In this document: in pieces, positions 12,667 through 22,079 of the stretch
How the letters are laid out: the number at the start of each line of letters is the position of its first letter
How positions within the stretch are numbered: the stretch's first letter is position 1
DNA from: Candidatus Saccharimonadota bacterium
Lineage (GTDB): Bacteria; Patescibacteriota; Gracilibacteria; BD1-5; UBA2023
Assembly: GCA_963706795.1 (NCBI GenBank)
Contig: OY970170.1
Coordinates: 240,001-272,000 of the forward strand
Length of the DNA: 32,000 nucleotides
Reading direction: 5' to 3'
The notes under the pieces: model-generated
Seen by the model: the letters and a program-made list of their open reading frames with translations, nothing else
Told to the model about the DNA's origin: nothing
Databases searched by the model: none
Program-made: the position numbers and the translations under genes

Positions 12667-13776
12667 TTAGTCCGTATAGATATATCCACGAATCGTGCTG
12701 TCATCTTTTGGAATTCGACGCACAGTAACTTCATTGAGACGACGATAGTTCATGTCCTTGATGATAAGATCATCTCCATCCACATCTACGACAATACCAA
12801 CGTGTCCATAGTATGAGTTATACCCACGTCCAGAGAATGAAATGATCGCTCCAGTTGCTGGCTTAGAACCGGTTGAGATTCCTGCAGCAGCAGCGTTCTT
12901 GAGCCACTGGTTGGCATTCCCGCGCCATGTAACATTTTTATGATTAGCGACGAAGTACGTACAGTTTCCCCATGCAAATCCTTTGCCTTTTCCAGTGTAT
13001 GCAACAGCATATGCGGCCTTTGCTGGAGTATTGGATTTTTTCTTAGTTGTGGCAGCCGCGGCAGCAGCTACAGTTTTTTTAGCATCCTTTGCTTTTGGTG
13101 CATTCAGTACAACCTTTGTATCCTTGGCGTCAGGCTGAGTAAGTGCTGCTACACGAATCGCTCCTGGAATAATGAGTTCTTGACCGATCAGGAGTTCCTG
13201 GCCAGATTTGAGTTTGTTTTGTGCAAGAATCTTGGCAACTGGTGCCTTAAATTTATCTGACACAGCCTGAATGGTATCACCTGGTTGTACCTGATACGCA
13301 AGTCCAGAAACCGGAGGAATCTTGATACTCTGACCTGGCTTGAGGACATTCGCTTTGGACATTCCATTTGCCCAAACAATCGAATTTACGCTGATATTAA
13401 ATTTATCAGCAATACTCGAATATGAGTCACCATCCTGAACGGTATATGGTATCAAATGATTGAATCCACTGACATCACGCTCATTTGCAAGATCTGCCTC
13501 TGGCCGGATAAATCCAGAATTCTCAGAAAACATATCTCCTTCACTCGAATCGTCCTCGTAGGCCATGAGGATGGTAGATTCATCGTAGTCTCCAACCGAA
13601 GTCTGATCAATTCCTCCGAGCGCACCAAAAGATGGATACACTGGAAGAATGAGTATCAGAATAAGTGAGAATATTTTGAATTTCGCAATGATGCGAAGCA
13701 CGTTGTTCTTTTGGAATACGTGACTATTTCGGGCATGACGCTCGAGACGGGCACGGATATTCACTTTGAATTTCAT
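12667..13776 (-). CDS. Peptidoglycan hydrolase with an N-terminal membrane anchor, two LysM domains and a C-terminal CHAP/NlpC-P60-type domain
   Basis: Two LysM repeats (YTVQDGDSYSSIADKFNISVNSIVWANG...; YQVQPGDTIQAVSDKFKAPVAKILAQNKL...). The CHAP-like catalytic region has GNCTYFV (Cys) and YGHVGIV (His). Stop is TAA. Confidence 0.8.
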   Translation of the reverse strand: MKFKVNIRARLERHARNSHVFQKNNVLRIIAKFKIFSLILILILPVYPSFGALGGIDQTSVGDYDESTILMAYEDDSSEGDMFSENSGFIRPEADLANERDVSGFNHLIPYTVQDGDSYSSIADKFNISVNSIVWANGMSKANVLKPGQSIKIPPVSGLAYQVQPGDTIQAVSDKFKAPVAKILAQNKLKSGQELLIGQELIIPGAIRVAALTQPDAKDTKVVLNAPKAKDAKKTVAAAAAATTKKKSNTPAKAAYAVAYTGKGKGFAWGNCTYFVANHKNVTWRGNANQWLKNAAAAGISTGSKPATGAIISFSGRGYNSYYGHVGIVVDVDGDDLIIKDMNYRRLNEVTVRRIPKDDSTIRGYIYTD

Positions 13777-13790
13777 GCAGATCTTTTAGG

Positions 13791-13835
13791 GATAAAAAAG
13801 ATCTTTGAGTGGACCTTTGTCCATTTCAAAGATCT
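13791..13835 (-). terminator. Intrinsic terminator after rplU (long compound hairpin plus T-run)
   Basis: AGATCTTTGA (13799-13808) pairs with TCAAAGATCT (13826-13835), enclosing TGGAC/GTCCA (13810-13814 / 13819-13823). On the minus strand it is followed by TTTTTTAT. Confidence 0.75.
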
Positions 13836-13842
13836 AATTCCT

Positions 13843-14151
13843 TTACGCTATCTTGAGAATCTCAAGTTTTGTGCGGCATGCACGGAAACCTCGAGTACGA
13901 GCGTAACGCTTCTTTGATTTCATCTTAAAGACCGTAATCTTGTCATCACGGAAATGTTCTACTACCTTCGCCTGAACAGACTCAGCGATAGAAGGAGTTC
14001 CTACATTAACCGTAGAACCATCTTCTGTAGCCGTAAGAAGAGTATTGAGAGAGATATTTGATCCCACCTCAGCTTCTTGCTGATCTACTTCGATAAAGTC
14101 CCCAGCCTTAACTGTGAACTGCTTGCTACCGATTTCAACTACTGCAATCAT
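13843..14151 (-). CDS. rplU: 50S ribosomal protein L21
   Basis: MIAVVEIGSKQFTVKAGDFIEVD...KVVEHFRDDKITVFKMKSKKRYARTRGFR is the characteristic L21 sequence. The start was taken at the internal ATG 14149-14151, not the track start at 14199. Stop is TAA. Confidence 0.9.
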   Translation of the reverse strand: MIAVVEIGSKQFTVKAGDFIEVDQQEAEVGSNISLNTLLTATEDGSTVNVGTPSIAESVQAKVVEHFRDDKITVFKMKSKKRYARTRGFRACRTKLEILKIA

Positions 14152-14275
14152 AAGAATGTGTGTTCCGTATAAATATACTTTTTTGAGTTTTCTTTTCAAT
14201 TCTATTTCTGCTTCGTCTTGTGTATCACTTTATCGATTTTGACTGTGATCTTCTACCACCTTCCAAGCTATTATA

Positions 14276-14350
14276 TGGTTGGGGATGAGGGATTCGAACC
14301 CCCGAATGGCGGAGTCAAAGTCCGCTGCCTTACCACTTGGCGAATCCCCA
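14276..14350 (-). tRNA. tRNA-Gln (anticodon UUG), CCA encoded
   Basis: The reverse complement is TGGGGATTCGCCAAGTGGTAAGGCAGCGGACTTTGACTCCGCCATTCGGGGGTTCGAATCCCTCATCCCCAACCA. It folds as a cloverleaf with anticodon stem GCGGA/TCCGC, loop CU-UUG-AC and T-loop TTCGAAT. It is very close to the canonical bacterial tRNA-Gln. Confidence 0.9.
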
Positions 14351-14476
14351 TGGGGGCATTCATAGCCCGCGTATTGTATAAAAATTTGGGAGAAGTCAAA
14401 GGAAATTTATCTTGGGATGGAGTATTGCGGTTTACGCAAAATACATACTATATACACATTACTTTTGATTCATCCT

Positions 14477-15034
14477 ATGAACCCACTCTATATTCTGATT
14501 GGCATAATTGCCATCTTCGTACTCTATGCAATTGCAAAATACAACGGCATGGTGAGTCTACGCAATCGTCGTGAACAGTCATTTGGTGACATTGATGTCC
14601 AGCTCCAGCAGCGTTTTGATCTTGTTCCTAATCTTATTGAAACGGTTAAGGGCTACGCAAAACATGAGAGCGAGACCCTCGAAAAAGTCATCGCGGCACG
14701 TAATTCATATATAAATGCGAGCTCTACTGATGATAAGGTTGATGCAAGCAATATGCTCACAGGCGCTCTCAAATCTGTATTTGCACTCTCAGAATCTTAT
14801 CCTGATCTCAAAGCAAACACCGGCTTTGAACAACTCCAGTCAGAGCTTGCAGATCTCGAGAACAAGCTTGCTGCTGCTCGCCGATTCTTTAATGCGGCAA
14901 CGACAGAATTCAATACCTATATTGAAATGTTCCCTGCAAATCTCATTGCTGGAATGATCGGTTTTCACAGAGCTTCAGGATTTGAGATCGAAGATCGCGA
15001 GACTGTGAGCAAATCTCCAAAGGTTTCATTCTAG
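14477..15034 (+). CDS. lemA: LemA family membrane protein
   Basis: N-terminal TM helix, then YNGMVSLRNRREQSFGDIDVQLQQRFDLVPNLIETVKGYAKHE...RRFFNAATTEFNTYIEMFPANLIA, the LemA signature. The start was taken at ATG 14477. Stop is TAG. Confidence 0.85.
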   Translation: MNPLYILIGIIAIFVLYAIAKYNGMVSLRNRREQSFGDIDVQLQQRFDLVPNLIETVKGYAKHESETLEKVIAARNSYINASSTDDKVDASNMLTGALKSVFALSESYPDLKANTGFEQLQSELADLENKLAAARRFFNAATTEFNTYIEMFPANLIAGMIGFHRASGFEIEDRETVSKSPKVSF

Positions 15035-15052
15035 GTATTAATTCCTCCTTCC

Positions 15053-16099
15053 ATGGCTGTCGTTGGACTCCAGACCGCTATTTGGTCGAATCGCTTTAAA
15101 ACGCTTCTCCTGCTTGCACTCTTCCCCACCCTGTTATTCGGGGTGTTTTTTGCTGGATTTCTTGGAATGGAATATTCGAATGCTGATTCGCGGGCGAAGG
15201 AATTACAAGCAGCAAGCGGAAGTGTTATCCCAAAAACTCATACTGGCATACTTACCTCGACAATAGCTACAGAAGATACCATTCCGCCATGGAACGCGGC
15301 ACTTATTGATACCGGAGGACTCTTTACACTCTTAGGACCAGTGTTGCTTATATGGGCCCTCATATCATTTGCGTTTCATAGGCAGATTATCTTTGGTTTT
15401 ACGGACGCCCGAGCCATTACTCGTAAGGAATATCCTGAGATCTATAATATCGTCGAAAATCTCTGTATCTCTCGCGGACTTCCTATGCCGCAGGTGGGAA
15501 TTTTGGAAGATGACAGCCTCAATGCCTTTGCTGTAGGATGGCGCCCTGAGAAATCATGGATCGTTTTTTCGCGTGGGATTCTTGAGAAGCTCTCAAAACC
15601 AGAGATCGAAGCCGTAGCGGGACACGAGCTCACACATATTATGAATCGTGACGGACTTCTCATGATCACCATCATCGTGTTTATTGGAGCTATTGCAGGA
15701 ATCGGAGAAATCCTCTTTCGAATCGGAGCGAATTCAACGCATTCGAAAGATTCGGATTCGAAATGAAACAGTTGAATGATATTCTTGGCAGTGGGAATTG
15801 CACTCTTAGCACTTGGGTATTTGATTTTACCGCTCGTACAGCTTGCGATTTCGAGACGACGTGAATATCTTGCGGATGCTGGATCAGTAGAGCTCACACA
15901 CGATCGTGAGGCAATGATTGGTGCACTTCAGGCAATTAGTGCGGATTCGACTATCGAATCCATCAAAAAAGATAGTGTTTCAGCTCTCTGTATAGCAAAC
16001 CCATTCCCCCGAGTGAGTGGGTTTATGTCACACTTCCATGAATTTTTCTCCACGCATCCCACCATCCAGAATCGCATAGATCTCCTTCAAAAATACTAA
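15053..16099 (+). CDS. M48 family zinc metalloprotease (HtpX-like)
   Basis: HELTHIMNRD (HExxH) and the downstream EYLADAGSVELT and FSTHPTIQNRI motifs are present. Fragments 15053-15766 and 15776-16099 are in frame, joined by TGAs at 15764-15766 and 15773-15775. Stop is TAA. It sits 18 nt after lemA. Confidence 0.8.
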
Positions 16100-16101
16100 A
16101 A

Positions 16102-16806
16102 ATGAACGCTCCATTAAATTTCTCATCAGAAAAACCCACCGAACGCCAAGCAAGAAGTGCTCATGTCATTAAAGCAATTGAGGCGGCAGAAGCAGGTGAA
16201 AATCTCACTCCGAGGCGCAGAAAGTACGAAAAAGAGGATGTACACCAAGCAGAGATTACACCACAATCTGAGATTGTCGTCGAAGATGGAGGTATGAGCA
16301 AAGCAGAGATAGCCAATCTACTTATTGATCGTTCAGGCAGAAAAAAAGTATACTATACTGAACGAATGGCGGGAAGCAGTGGGGAAATTTCGACTGCAGA
16401 TGTACACCCAGAGGATATCTTGGAAATTGCATTTAGAGTGGATGGAGAAAAATGAGAACGCTCGTTTTCATTCCTCATTCACATCAAAATGGTACTCGAA
16501 TCCTCCATTTCAGGTGAGGTCTTTGGTAGGCCATTACCCATCGAAAAAAAGCAGCAGGAAGAAAATATTTTTTATAAGCGTACAGATTCGGGCAGGATCA
16601 GCTTTCCTATTTATTTCGGCAAAAGATTCACCAAGAAGAAGCCAGGACGGGATCTCACGGATGTTTTTGGGAAGTGGATAACTGTCGGGGCGCCCATTCG
16701 AGAACCGGATATTATCGGGGTTTACGTGTACCCAAGAAATAGAGGCACCGCTGTTAAGGAAGCCGTAAATAAGACAGTCGAAAAGTTTGTGGGTATTTTT
16801 AAATAG
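16102..16806 (+). CDS. Hypothetical protein (234 aa)
   Basis: Fragments 16102-16455 and 16489-16806 are in one frame joined by TGA 16453-16455. The ATG lies 2 nt after the protease stop. I recognised no motif. Stop is TAG. Confidence 0.5.
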
Positions 16807-17221
16807 AGGTCTTCGCGGCATCAATCGCCATTTTTGCCACATCCACTACATGTTTAAATCGGTCGTTTTGGAGATGTATTCCACCAAAATGCCGGCTCAC
16901 AATGAGCATGCCTTGCTCAATATTTGCGCGACGAAGCTCGCGTAAAATACAGAGTCACGCACCCGTTTCACCATCATCACCTTTCCCTTCTACGAGTATT
17001 CATTCGGGAGAACGGAGTCGGAAAGCATAGCTACAGTGCGTCGCAGATACAAACGGCTTCGTAGCGCGAATTTGCTTGAGAAAGGCTGCAAGTGATTCCC
17101 GCCCATCCACTTGTCCAATAGCAAAGCCATATCTCGAACCTCGATCAATCCGAACATTCGACTGGATAATCGGATTTTTTTGTGGAATCAGTGCATCCTC
17201 AAAATCAAGCGAAGCCTGCAT
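16799..17221 (-). CDS. IMPACT/YigZ (UPF0029) family protein, N-terminal domain only
   Basis: SRYGFAIGQVDGRESLAAFLKQIRATKPFVSATHCSYAFRL...GDDGETGA-G-LCIL...SRHFGGIHL matches the YigZ/IMPACT core. In-frame TGAs are at 17000-17002 and 16955-16957. The TAA at 16799-16801 overlaps the convergent upstream gene by 8 nt. Confidence 0.6.
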
Positions 17222-18048
17222 TAGCGAATGAGCTTGGCAATAAGTTTGCGGGTTTCGACCATCGCAACAATAGAATCAACAATAGTCTCAGCTACATGAT
17301 GAGCGCGCGATCCGATGAGGAGTGTCGTATGTTGATCGCCCTGATAGATATGATCGGTTGCAGGCATATCCATGGTATCATCTACATAGGAGCTGATCTG
17401 ATCTTCGGGATGAACTATTCCATCTTTGTCGGAAATATAGCTATGTATCTCACGGACTTTTCCAGTAAGCATGTGTCCGTGCTCGTACATCGCTTCACCC
17501 TTCTCTAAGAAATGCTCTGCCATCTCAGATGGTGCGACCTTAATATACGATATTCCTTTGTGTGGGGCATTGATGAAGTGGATGGTATCAATCTCCGCAC
17601 CCTGAATTTCGTTGATGATTTCTACCATTAATGGACCACCAAGACTGTGTGTTACAATATGGATATGCCTCTCTGAGTCGAGCAAATCAGTAAGCTTATT
17701 TTTTATATGCGAACGTATAGATGCTTCGCTTCCTCTCCACGAAAAATCCGTATATACCACATCTATTCCGTGCTTGAGTCGGCCCTGACCAATAGCATGC
17801 ACACTCGAGGCAATGCGATTGCCCGCAAGAGAGGACATGCCATATCCTGGTGTAAAGAGAAGCACCTCAGACTGTGGGTCATGCGTCACACGATCCACCG
17901 CCTTAGCTACAGGAGCCCACCCAAGATCGATCGCAGACGCTACTTCAAGCGACGCGAAGGGATTCATAAGGGAAAAAATATTTTGATCAGAAGGAACAAT
18001 GATTTCTTTCTTCGTCGAAGCGTACTGAGGGAGGAGAGCGGAACCCAT
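17221..18048 (-). CDS. Alpha/beta-fold serine hydrolase (lipase/esterase-like)
   Basis: 275-aa ORF with the nucleophile elbow VTHSLGG, LLFTPGYG upstream, and Asp/His candidates downstream. The TAA stop overlaps the YigZ ATG (TAATG). Confidence 0.55.
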   Translation of the reverse strand: MGSALLPQYASTKKEIIVPSDQNIFSLMNPFASLEVASAIDLGWAPVAKAVDRVTHDPQSEVLLFTPGYGMSSLAGNRIASSVHAIGQGRLKHGIDVVYTDFSWRGSEASIRSHIKNKLTDLLDSERHIHIVTHSLGGPLMVEIINEIQGAEIDTIHFINAPHKGISYIKVAPSEMAEHFLEKGEAMYEHGHMLTGKVREIHSYISDKDGIVHPEDQISSYVDDTMDMPATDHIYQGDQHTTLLIGSRAHHVAETIVDSIVAMVETRKLIAKLIR

Positions 18049-18093
18049 AGCCGGATTTAAATTTTATGGATTGTAAGTGAATTTACATCCAGA

Positions 18094-18127
18094 GCAAAAA
18101 AATAACACAGGAGAGCAGCTGTGTTAT
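18094..18127 (-). terminator. Intrinsic terminator after the 18145-18618 gene
   Basis: ATAACACAG (18102-18110) pairs with CTGTGTTAT (18119-27), followed by a T-run on the minus strand. Its position supports read-through of the TGAs at 18271 and 18256. Confidence 0.7.
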
Positions 18128-18144
18128 GCGGAAAAATGAGATTT

Positions 18145-18618
18145 TTATTCGTGTGCGAGTCCTGATCGCGGTGAATATGTACCAAGAACTTTTCGTTGTT
18201 CTGTGCTTCGGAACTGGTTTACTGAGACACTGTATGTACGATGGATTTGAATATTTCATTGAAGCCCCTCTCATTCGAGATTCATATAGGTAAAATACTC
18301 GCGGTGACTTGGATCAGCTTCAGATCTAAATCGAACGATGAGTTTTGTAACATCTACTTGCGTAACTCGATATGCCGTCGGTCCTGGCAGATAGGGATGC
18401 GAGAGTAAAATAAGCGAACCTGGCTGTAATTGTTTTTGCCGCTCAAGATAGATCGGTTTTTCGGGAAGTGACAAAGTGGGGTTTTCATCTTCAGCCTCCA
18501 TCAAAACAGGATTATCTCGTCCACCTCTGATATTTTTTGCGAGCAAAACAGCACTCGATTTTGCGCTTTGGAGCAATCGAATGAAGATGTGAGATTGGAT
18601 GGATTTTTTTGTATGCAT
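18145..18618 (-). CDS. Hypothetical protein (157 aa)
   Basis: The track ORF 18271-18618 extends through in-frame TGAs (18271-18273, 18256-18258) to TAA at 18145-18147, right in front of a terminator. No recognisable motif. Confidence 0.45.
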
Positions 18619-18673
18619 ATCCCAAGAAGGACGCGCATGGTAGCGGAAGCAAGCGGATATGCAAGAAAATGAC

Positions 18674-18708
18674 CAAAAAAAAATCTCCGAATATTGATTC
18701 GGAGATTT
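18674..18708 (-). terminator. Intrinsic terminator after the VOC-family gene
   Basis: AAATCTCCGAAT pairs with ATTCGGAGATTT (12 bp) around a 4-nt loop. A T8 run follows on the minus strand. Confidence 0.8.
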
Positions 18709-18715
18709 ATGAGTA

Positions 18716-19117
18716 TTAATCTGGTTTTACAATCGGAGAGCAGAGTTCGACGAGCGTGCCATCTGGACAGCGCAGATACGAAACCGTTTGTCCCCATGGC
18801 ATGAGACCCGGAGCCTTGAGTGACATTGCACCCGCTGCGACTGCGTGATTGTGCGACTCGAGAACATTCTCAGTGATGAATGCTATCTCTATACCGAGGG
18901 GTTTTTGAGAACTATGTGCTGCGACAAAGCCCTGAGGGAAATGGGATTCTCCAAGCGATATCGAGGCAAAGGCGAGGACGGTCGAGCCAGTATCAAGCTC
19001 TCCATAATCATTACTCTCAACTAAAAAAGTCTGCTTAAATCCAAATGCTTCCTCAAAAAATGCAAGCGACGCTGGGACGTCGGGCGAATAAATAATAGTA
19101 TAACCGAATTTCATCAT
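18716..19117 (-). CDS. VOC (glyoxalase/bleomycin-resistance/dioxygenase) superfamily protein
   Basis: 133-aa ORF whose size and pattern (FGYTIIYSPDV...FFEEAFGF...IEIAF...PWGQTVSYLRCPDGTLVEL) are typical of glyoxalase-fold proteins. Stop is TAA. Confidence 0.6.
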   Translation of the reverse strand: MMKFGYTIIYSPDVPASLAFFEEAFGFKQTFLVESNDYGELDTGSTVLAFASISLGESHFPQGFVAAHSSQKPLGIEIAFITENVLESHNHAVAAGAMSLKAPGLMPWGQTVSYLRCPDGTLVELCSPIVKPD

Positions 19118-19155
19118 GAGATTGATATTTGATACAGTAAAACGACGTGCCTATT

Positions 19156-19989
19156 CTATGGAGATATTTCTGAAAATCGATTGATTGCTTCCACAAAATG
19201 CGGCCCATATCGTTCGGTGTGAAATGCTCAGTATCCACCAATCCCAAGCAGCTCTATAACGTTTTTTGGACGGTGTTTTATGAAGTCATTAAGCTGGCAA
19301 TCCTTCGCAATAAAATAGATCGAACGACCTTCTCTACGAGCAAATTCGAGACGGATTTCGGTTAGAAGCTTGAAGAGTTCACTATTGGTATCAACATGCA
19401 TCTGGGTTTGATTGCTGTCATTTTTAAGGCTTCGTGCCTCTGTAGAATGTTTGAGGAGATAATCTTTGAATTCTTCCTGGCTGATATATTCCTCAGCTTC
19501 CATAAAGGTACTGAGGTCCATATAGGTAATGTCGTGCACCTCAGCAAACTCGCGAGCGGGACCAGTGAGATAGGTGGTTGTCGCAAAATAGACCTTTGCA
19601 CCGCACTCGTGACGGATATCAGCAACCCTGCCATAAAAAGCAGCGATTTCTTTTTCGGGCATGGAATACGCATTCCACTGCTTGCATTGGACAAGGGCAT
19701 AGTGAGGATTTCCGTCATCGTCTTTTTTAATGCCTTTGATATCGATCCCGCGATCGCCAAAACCATCGGTCACAAACATCGTATATTTGTGATGTTTTTC
19801 GAGGAAGTATGCAACAAAATAATCAAATCCCAGAGGCGTCAGATCATACGAAACCTTCAGTAAAAAGTTCACACGTTCTTCATCTACTCACTTAAACCTG
19901 AGAAGTTGCTGGCGACGCAAATCCTTCATCGCCTCTCGCTCTGGAGTCGCCGACGCAAAGAAAATACTCCGTAACTCTTTTTCTGACAT
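19156..19989 (-). CDS. Mrr-type (PD-(D/E)xK) restriction-endonuclease-like domain fused to a C-terminal HRDC-like domain
   Basis: FGDRGIDIKG...ALVQCKQW is the Mrr_cat D...(E/Q)xK core. The C-terminal LFKLLTEIRLEFARREGRSIYFIAKDCQLNDFIKHRPKNVIELLGIGGY-G-AFHTERYGPHFVEAI resembles HRDC. The track ORF was extended at both ends through in-frame TGAs 19888-19890 and 19228-19230, giving ATG 19987-19989 and TAG 19156-19158. Confidence 0.6.
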
Positions 19990-20063
19990 AAAGGGTTTTA
20001 GTTGCCACCCATTAGACCACATTGAGTACGGAGTTCAAATTCGAAGAAAAAGTTGGGAATAAT

Positions 20064-20091
20064 AAAAAATCCCGCAAGAGCGGGATTTTTT
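20064..20091 (-). terminator. Intrinsic terminator after dnaK
   Basis: AAAAATCCCGC pairs with GCGGGATTTTT around a 4-nt loop, immediately 3' of the dnaK TAG. Confidence 0.85.
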
Positions 20092-20092
20092 A

Positions 20093-21985
20093 CTACTTCT
20101 CTTCTACTTCACCTTCTATTGTGTCATCTTCTTTTTTCTCGTTGTTGTCTTTTACATTGACTCCGTCGTCTGCTGTGGCACCTCCTTTGGAGTAGATCTC
20201 CTGTCCGATCTTCATCATAACTTCTTGGAGAGACTGTGCTGCTGGATCGAGGGTTTCTTTGTCGGCGTCGGCATTCTCGAGGAGTTTTTTGAGGGCTTCG
20301 ATCTTTTCTTTGGCCTCTTCTCCGAGTTTTGCGTCGTATTTTCCTTCGTTATCTTTGAGAGTTTTTTCGGCTTGGTAGACGGCTGAGTCGGCCATATTGC
20401 GGGCCTCAATAGATTGTTTGCGGCTCTGGTCAGCTTCGCGGTTGGCTTCAGCTTCTTTAACGAGACGATCAACTTCTTTGTCGTCCATTCCGGTCGAGCC
20501 TTGGATAGTGACTTTTTGTTCCTTGCCCGTTCCTTTGTCCTTGGCAGTAACATGGAGCACTCCTGATGCGTCGATGTCGAATGTTACCTCGATCTGTGGA
20601 GTTCCACGTGGAGCCTGAGCAATTCCTGAGAGGACGAATCGTCCGAGGGATTTATTGTCATTAGCCATTTCACGCTCACCCTGGAGTACGTGGATTTCGA
20701 CACTATCTTGTCCATCTGCGGCTGTTGAGTAGACCTGAGATTTTGAGCTTGGGATCGTTGTATTTCGCTCAATCATGCGAGTCATCACACCTCCGAGAGT
20801 CTCGATACCGAGTGAGAGTGGAGTAACGTCGAGGAGGAGGACATCCGTAACATCCCCCTGAATAATACCCGCCTGAATTGCAGCACCAATGGCAACTGCT
20901 TCGTCTGGATTTACTGAAGAATTCGGCTTTTTTCCAAAAATTTCTTCAACTTTCTTCATAACGAGTGGTACGCGAGTAGTACCTCCAACGAGAACCACTT
21001 CGTCGATCTGACTTGGTTGAAGCCCTGAGTCCTTGAGTACCTGGCGGCATGGACCTACAGAACGCTCAACAAGATCGTGGATGAGCTCCTCAAATTTTGA
21101 ACGAGTAATCTTAATAAAGAGATTCTTCGGTCCAGATGCATCTACCGTGATGTACGGAAGATTGATATCCGTCTCTGTAACGTTCGACAACTCCTTCTTT
21201 GCCTTCTCAGCTTCGTCCTTGATACGCTGAACGGCCATTGGGTCCTTGCGGAGATCAACTCCCTGCTCTTTTTTAAATTCGTCGACGATCCATTCGAAAA
21301 TAACCTGATCGAAGTCGTCTCCTCCGAGATGTGTATCGCCGTTTGTCGCGAGTACTTCGAATGTTCCCTCTGAACCAATATCGAGAATAGAGATATCGAA
21401 TGTTCCTCCTCCAAAGTCGTAAACAGCAATCTTATGATCGTGAGATTTTTCGATACCGTAGGCGAGCGCTGCGGCAGTTGGCTCATTGACGATACGCTTT
21501 ACATCGAGACCTGCGATCTTACCGGCATTGATAGTCGCCTGACGCTGATCATCGTTGAAGTAGGCAGGAACGGTAATGACCGCTTCTGTAACTTTTGTAC
21601 CGAGGAATTTTTCGGCGTCTTGCTTGAGTTTTTCGAGAACTTTGGCGCTGATTTCTTCTGGGCGGATATTTTTGCCATTAAATTCGATGAGACATTCTCC
21701 GTTGTCACCTGCAACTACCTTGAATGGTACGTTTTTGATTTCGGCAGCAACTTCTGAAAATTTGCGACCAATAAATCGCTTTGCAGAATAGATTGTCTGT
21801 GCAGGATTCATAACAGCTTGGCGCTTTGCAGTCGTACCGACGAGGGTTTCACCACTCTTATTTGCGACGATAGAAGGTGTCGTACGACCACCTTCCGCAT
21901 TAGGAATTACCTTTGCCTGACCTCCTTCCATGAAGGCAACACACGAGTTCGTGGTTCCGAGGTCGATACCAATAATTTTGGACAT
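20093..21985 (-). CDS. dnaK: Molecular chaperone DnaK (Hsp70)
   Basis: 630-aa uninterrupted [33 protein letters not shown] and the rest match Hsp70 throughout. Stop is TAG. Confidence 0.97.
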   Translation of the reverse strand: MSKIIGIDLGTTNSCVAFMEGGQAKVIPNAEGGRTTPSIVANKSGETLVGTTAKRQAVMNPAQTIYSAKRFIGRKFSEVAAEIKNVPFKVVAGDNGECLIEFNGKNIRPEEISAKVLEKLKQDAEKFLGTKVTEAVITVPAYFNDDQRQATINAGKIAGLDVKRIVNEPTAAALAYGIEKSHDHKIAVYDFGGGTFDISILDIGSEGTFEVLATNGDTHLGGDDFDQVIFEWIVDEFKKEQGVDLRKDPMAVQRIKDEAEKAKKELSNVTETDINLPYITVDASGPKNLFIKITRSKFEELIHDLVERSVGPCRQVLKDSGLQPSQIDEVVLVGGTTRVPLVMKKVEEIFGKKPNSSVNPDEAVAIGAAIQAGIIQGDVTDVLLLDVTPLSLGIETLGGVMTRMIERNTTIPSSKSQVYSTAADGQDSVEIHVLQGEREMANDNKSLGRFVLSGIAQAPRGTPQIEVTFDIDASGVLHVTAKDKGTGKEQKVTIQGSTGMDDKEVDRLVKEAEANREADQSRKQSIEARNMADSAVYQAEKTLKDNEGKYDAKLGEEAKEKIEALKKLLENADADKETLDPAAQSLQEVMMKIGQEIYSKGGATADDGVNVKDNNEKKEDDTIEGEVEEK

Positions 21986-22017
21986 ATATTGAGGATTACA
22001 AAAACTAAATCGAGCTC

Positions 22018-22046
22018 AGTATACGAATTGCAGACAGTGCTGTCAA
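22018..22046 (-). promoter_or_regulatory. Candidate dnaK promoter
   Basis: On the minus strand: TTGACA (complement of 22041-22046), a 17-nt spacer, then TATACT (complement of 22018-22023), about 33 nt upstream of the ATG. Confidence 0.55.
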
Positions 22047-22052
22047 AAGAAT

Positions 22053-22079
22053 TTAGCACGAGTTTTGTGTTAGTGCTAA
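22053..22079. promoter_or_regulatory. CIRCE-like inverted repeat (HrcA operator)
   Basis: TTAGCACGA-N9-TAGTGCTAA compared with the consensus TTAGCACTC-N9-GAGTGCTAA. It ends 6 nt upstream of the -35 hexamer of the dnaK promoter. Confidence 0.7.

Noticed and set aside
14342-14361. A near-palindrome GAATCCCCATGGGGGCATTC lies at the 5' end of tRNA-Gln and could be a regulatory site.
   Set aside because: Half of it is simply the tRNA acceptor/5' strand. The implied hairpin has a 2-nt loop and a central mismatch, so it is probably coincidental.
14218-14574. A 118-aa plus-strand ORF spans the tRNA-Gln locus.
   Set aside because: It runs antisense through a canonical tRNA gene and into the LemA upstream region. 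LemA is better started at ATG 14477.
18083-18274. A 63-aa minus-strand ORF lies downstream of the 18271-18618 ORF.
   Set aside because: It is in a different frame from the read-through extension that ends at TAA 18145 just before a terminator, and it runs through the terminator hairpin itself.
20215-21791. Multiple 60-115-aa ORFs lie on both strands inside dnaK.
   Set aside because: They overlap the unambiguous 630-aa Hsp70 frame and have low-complexity, biased composition typical of off-frame translation.
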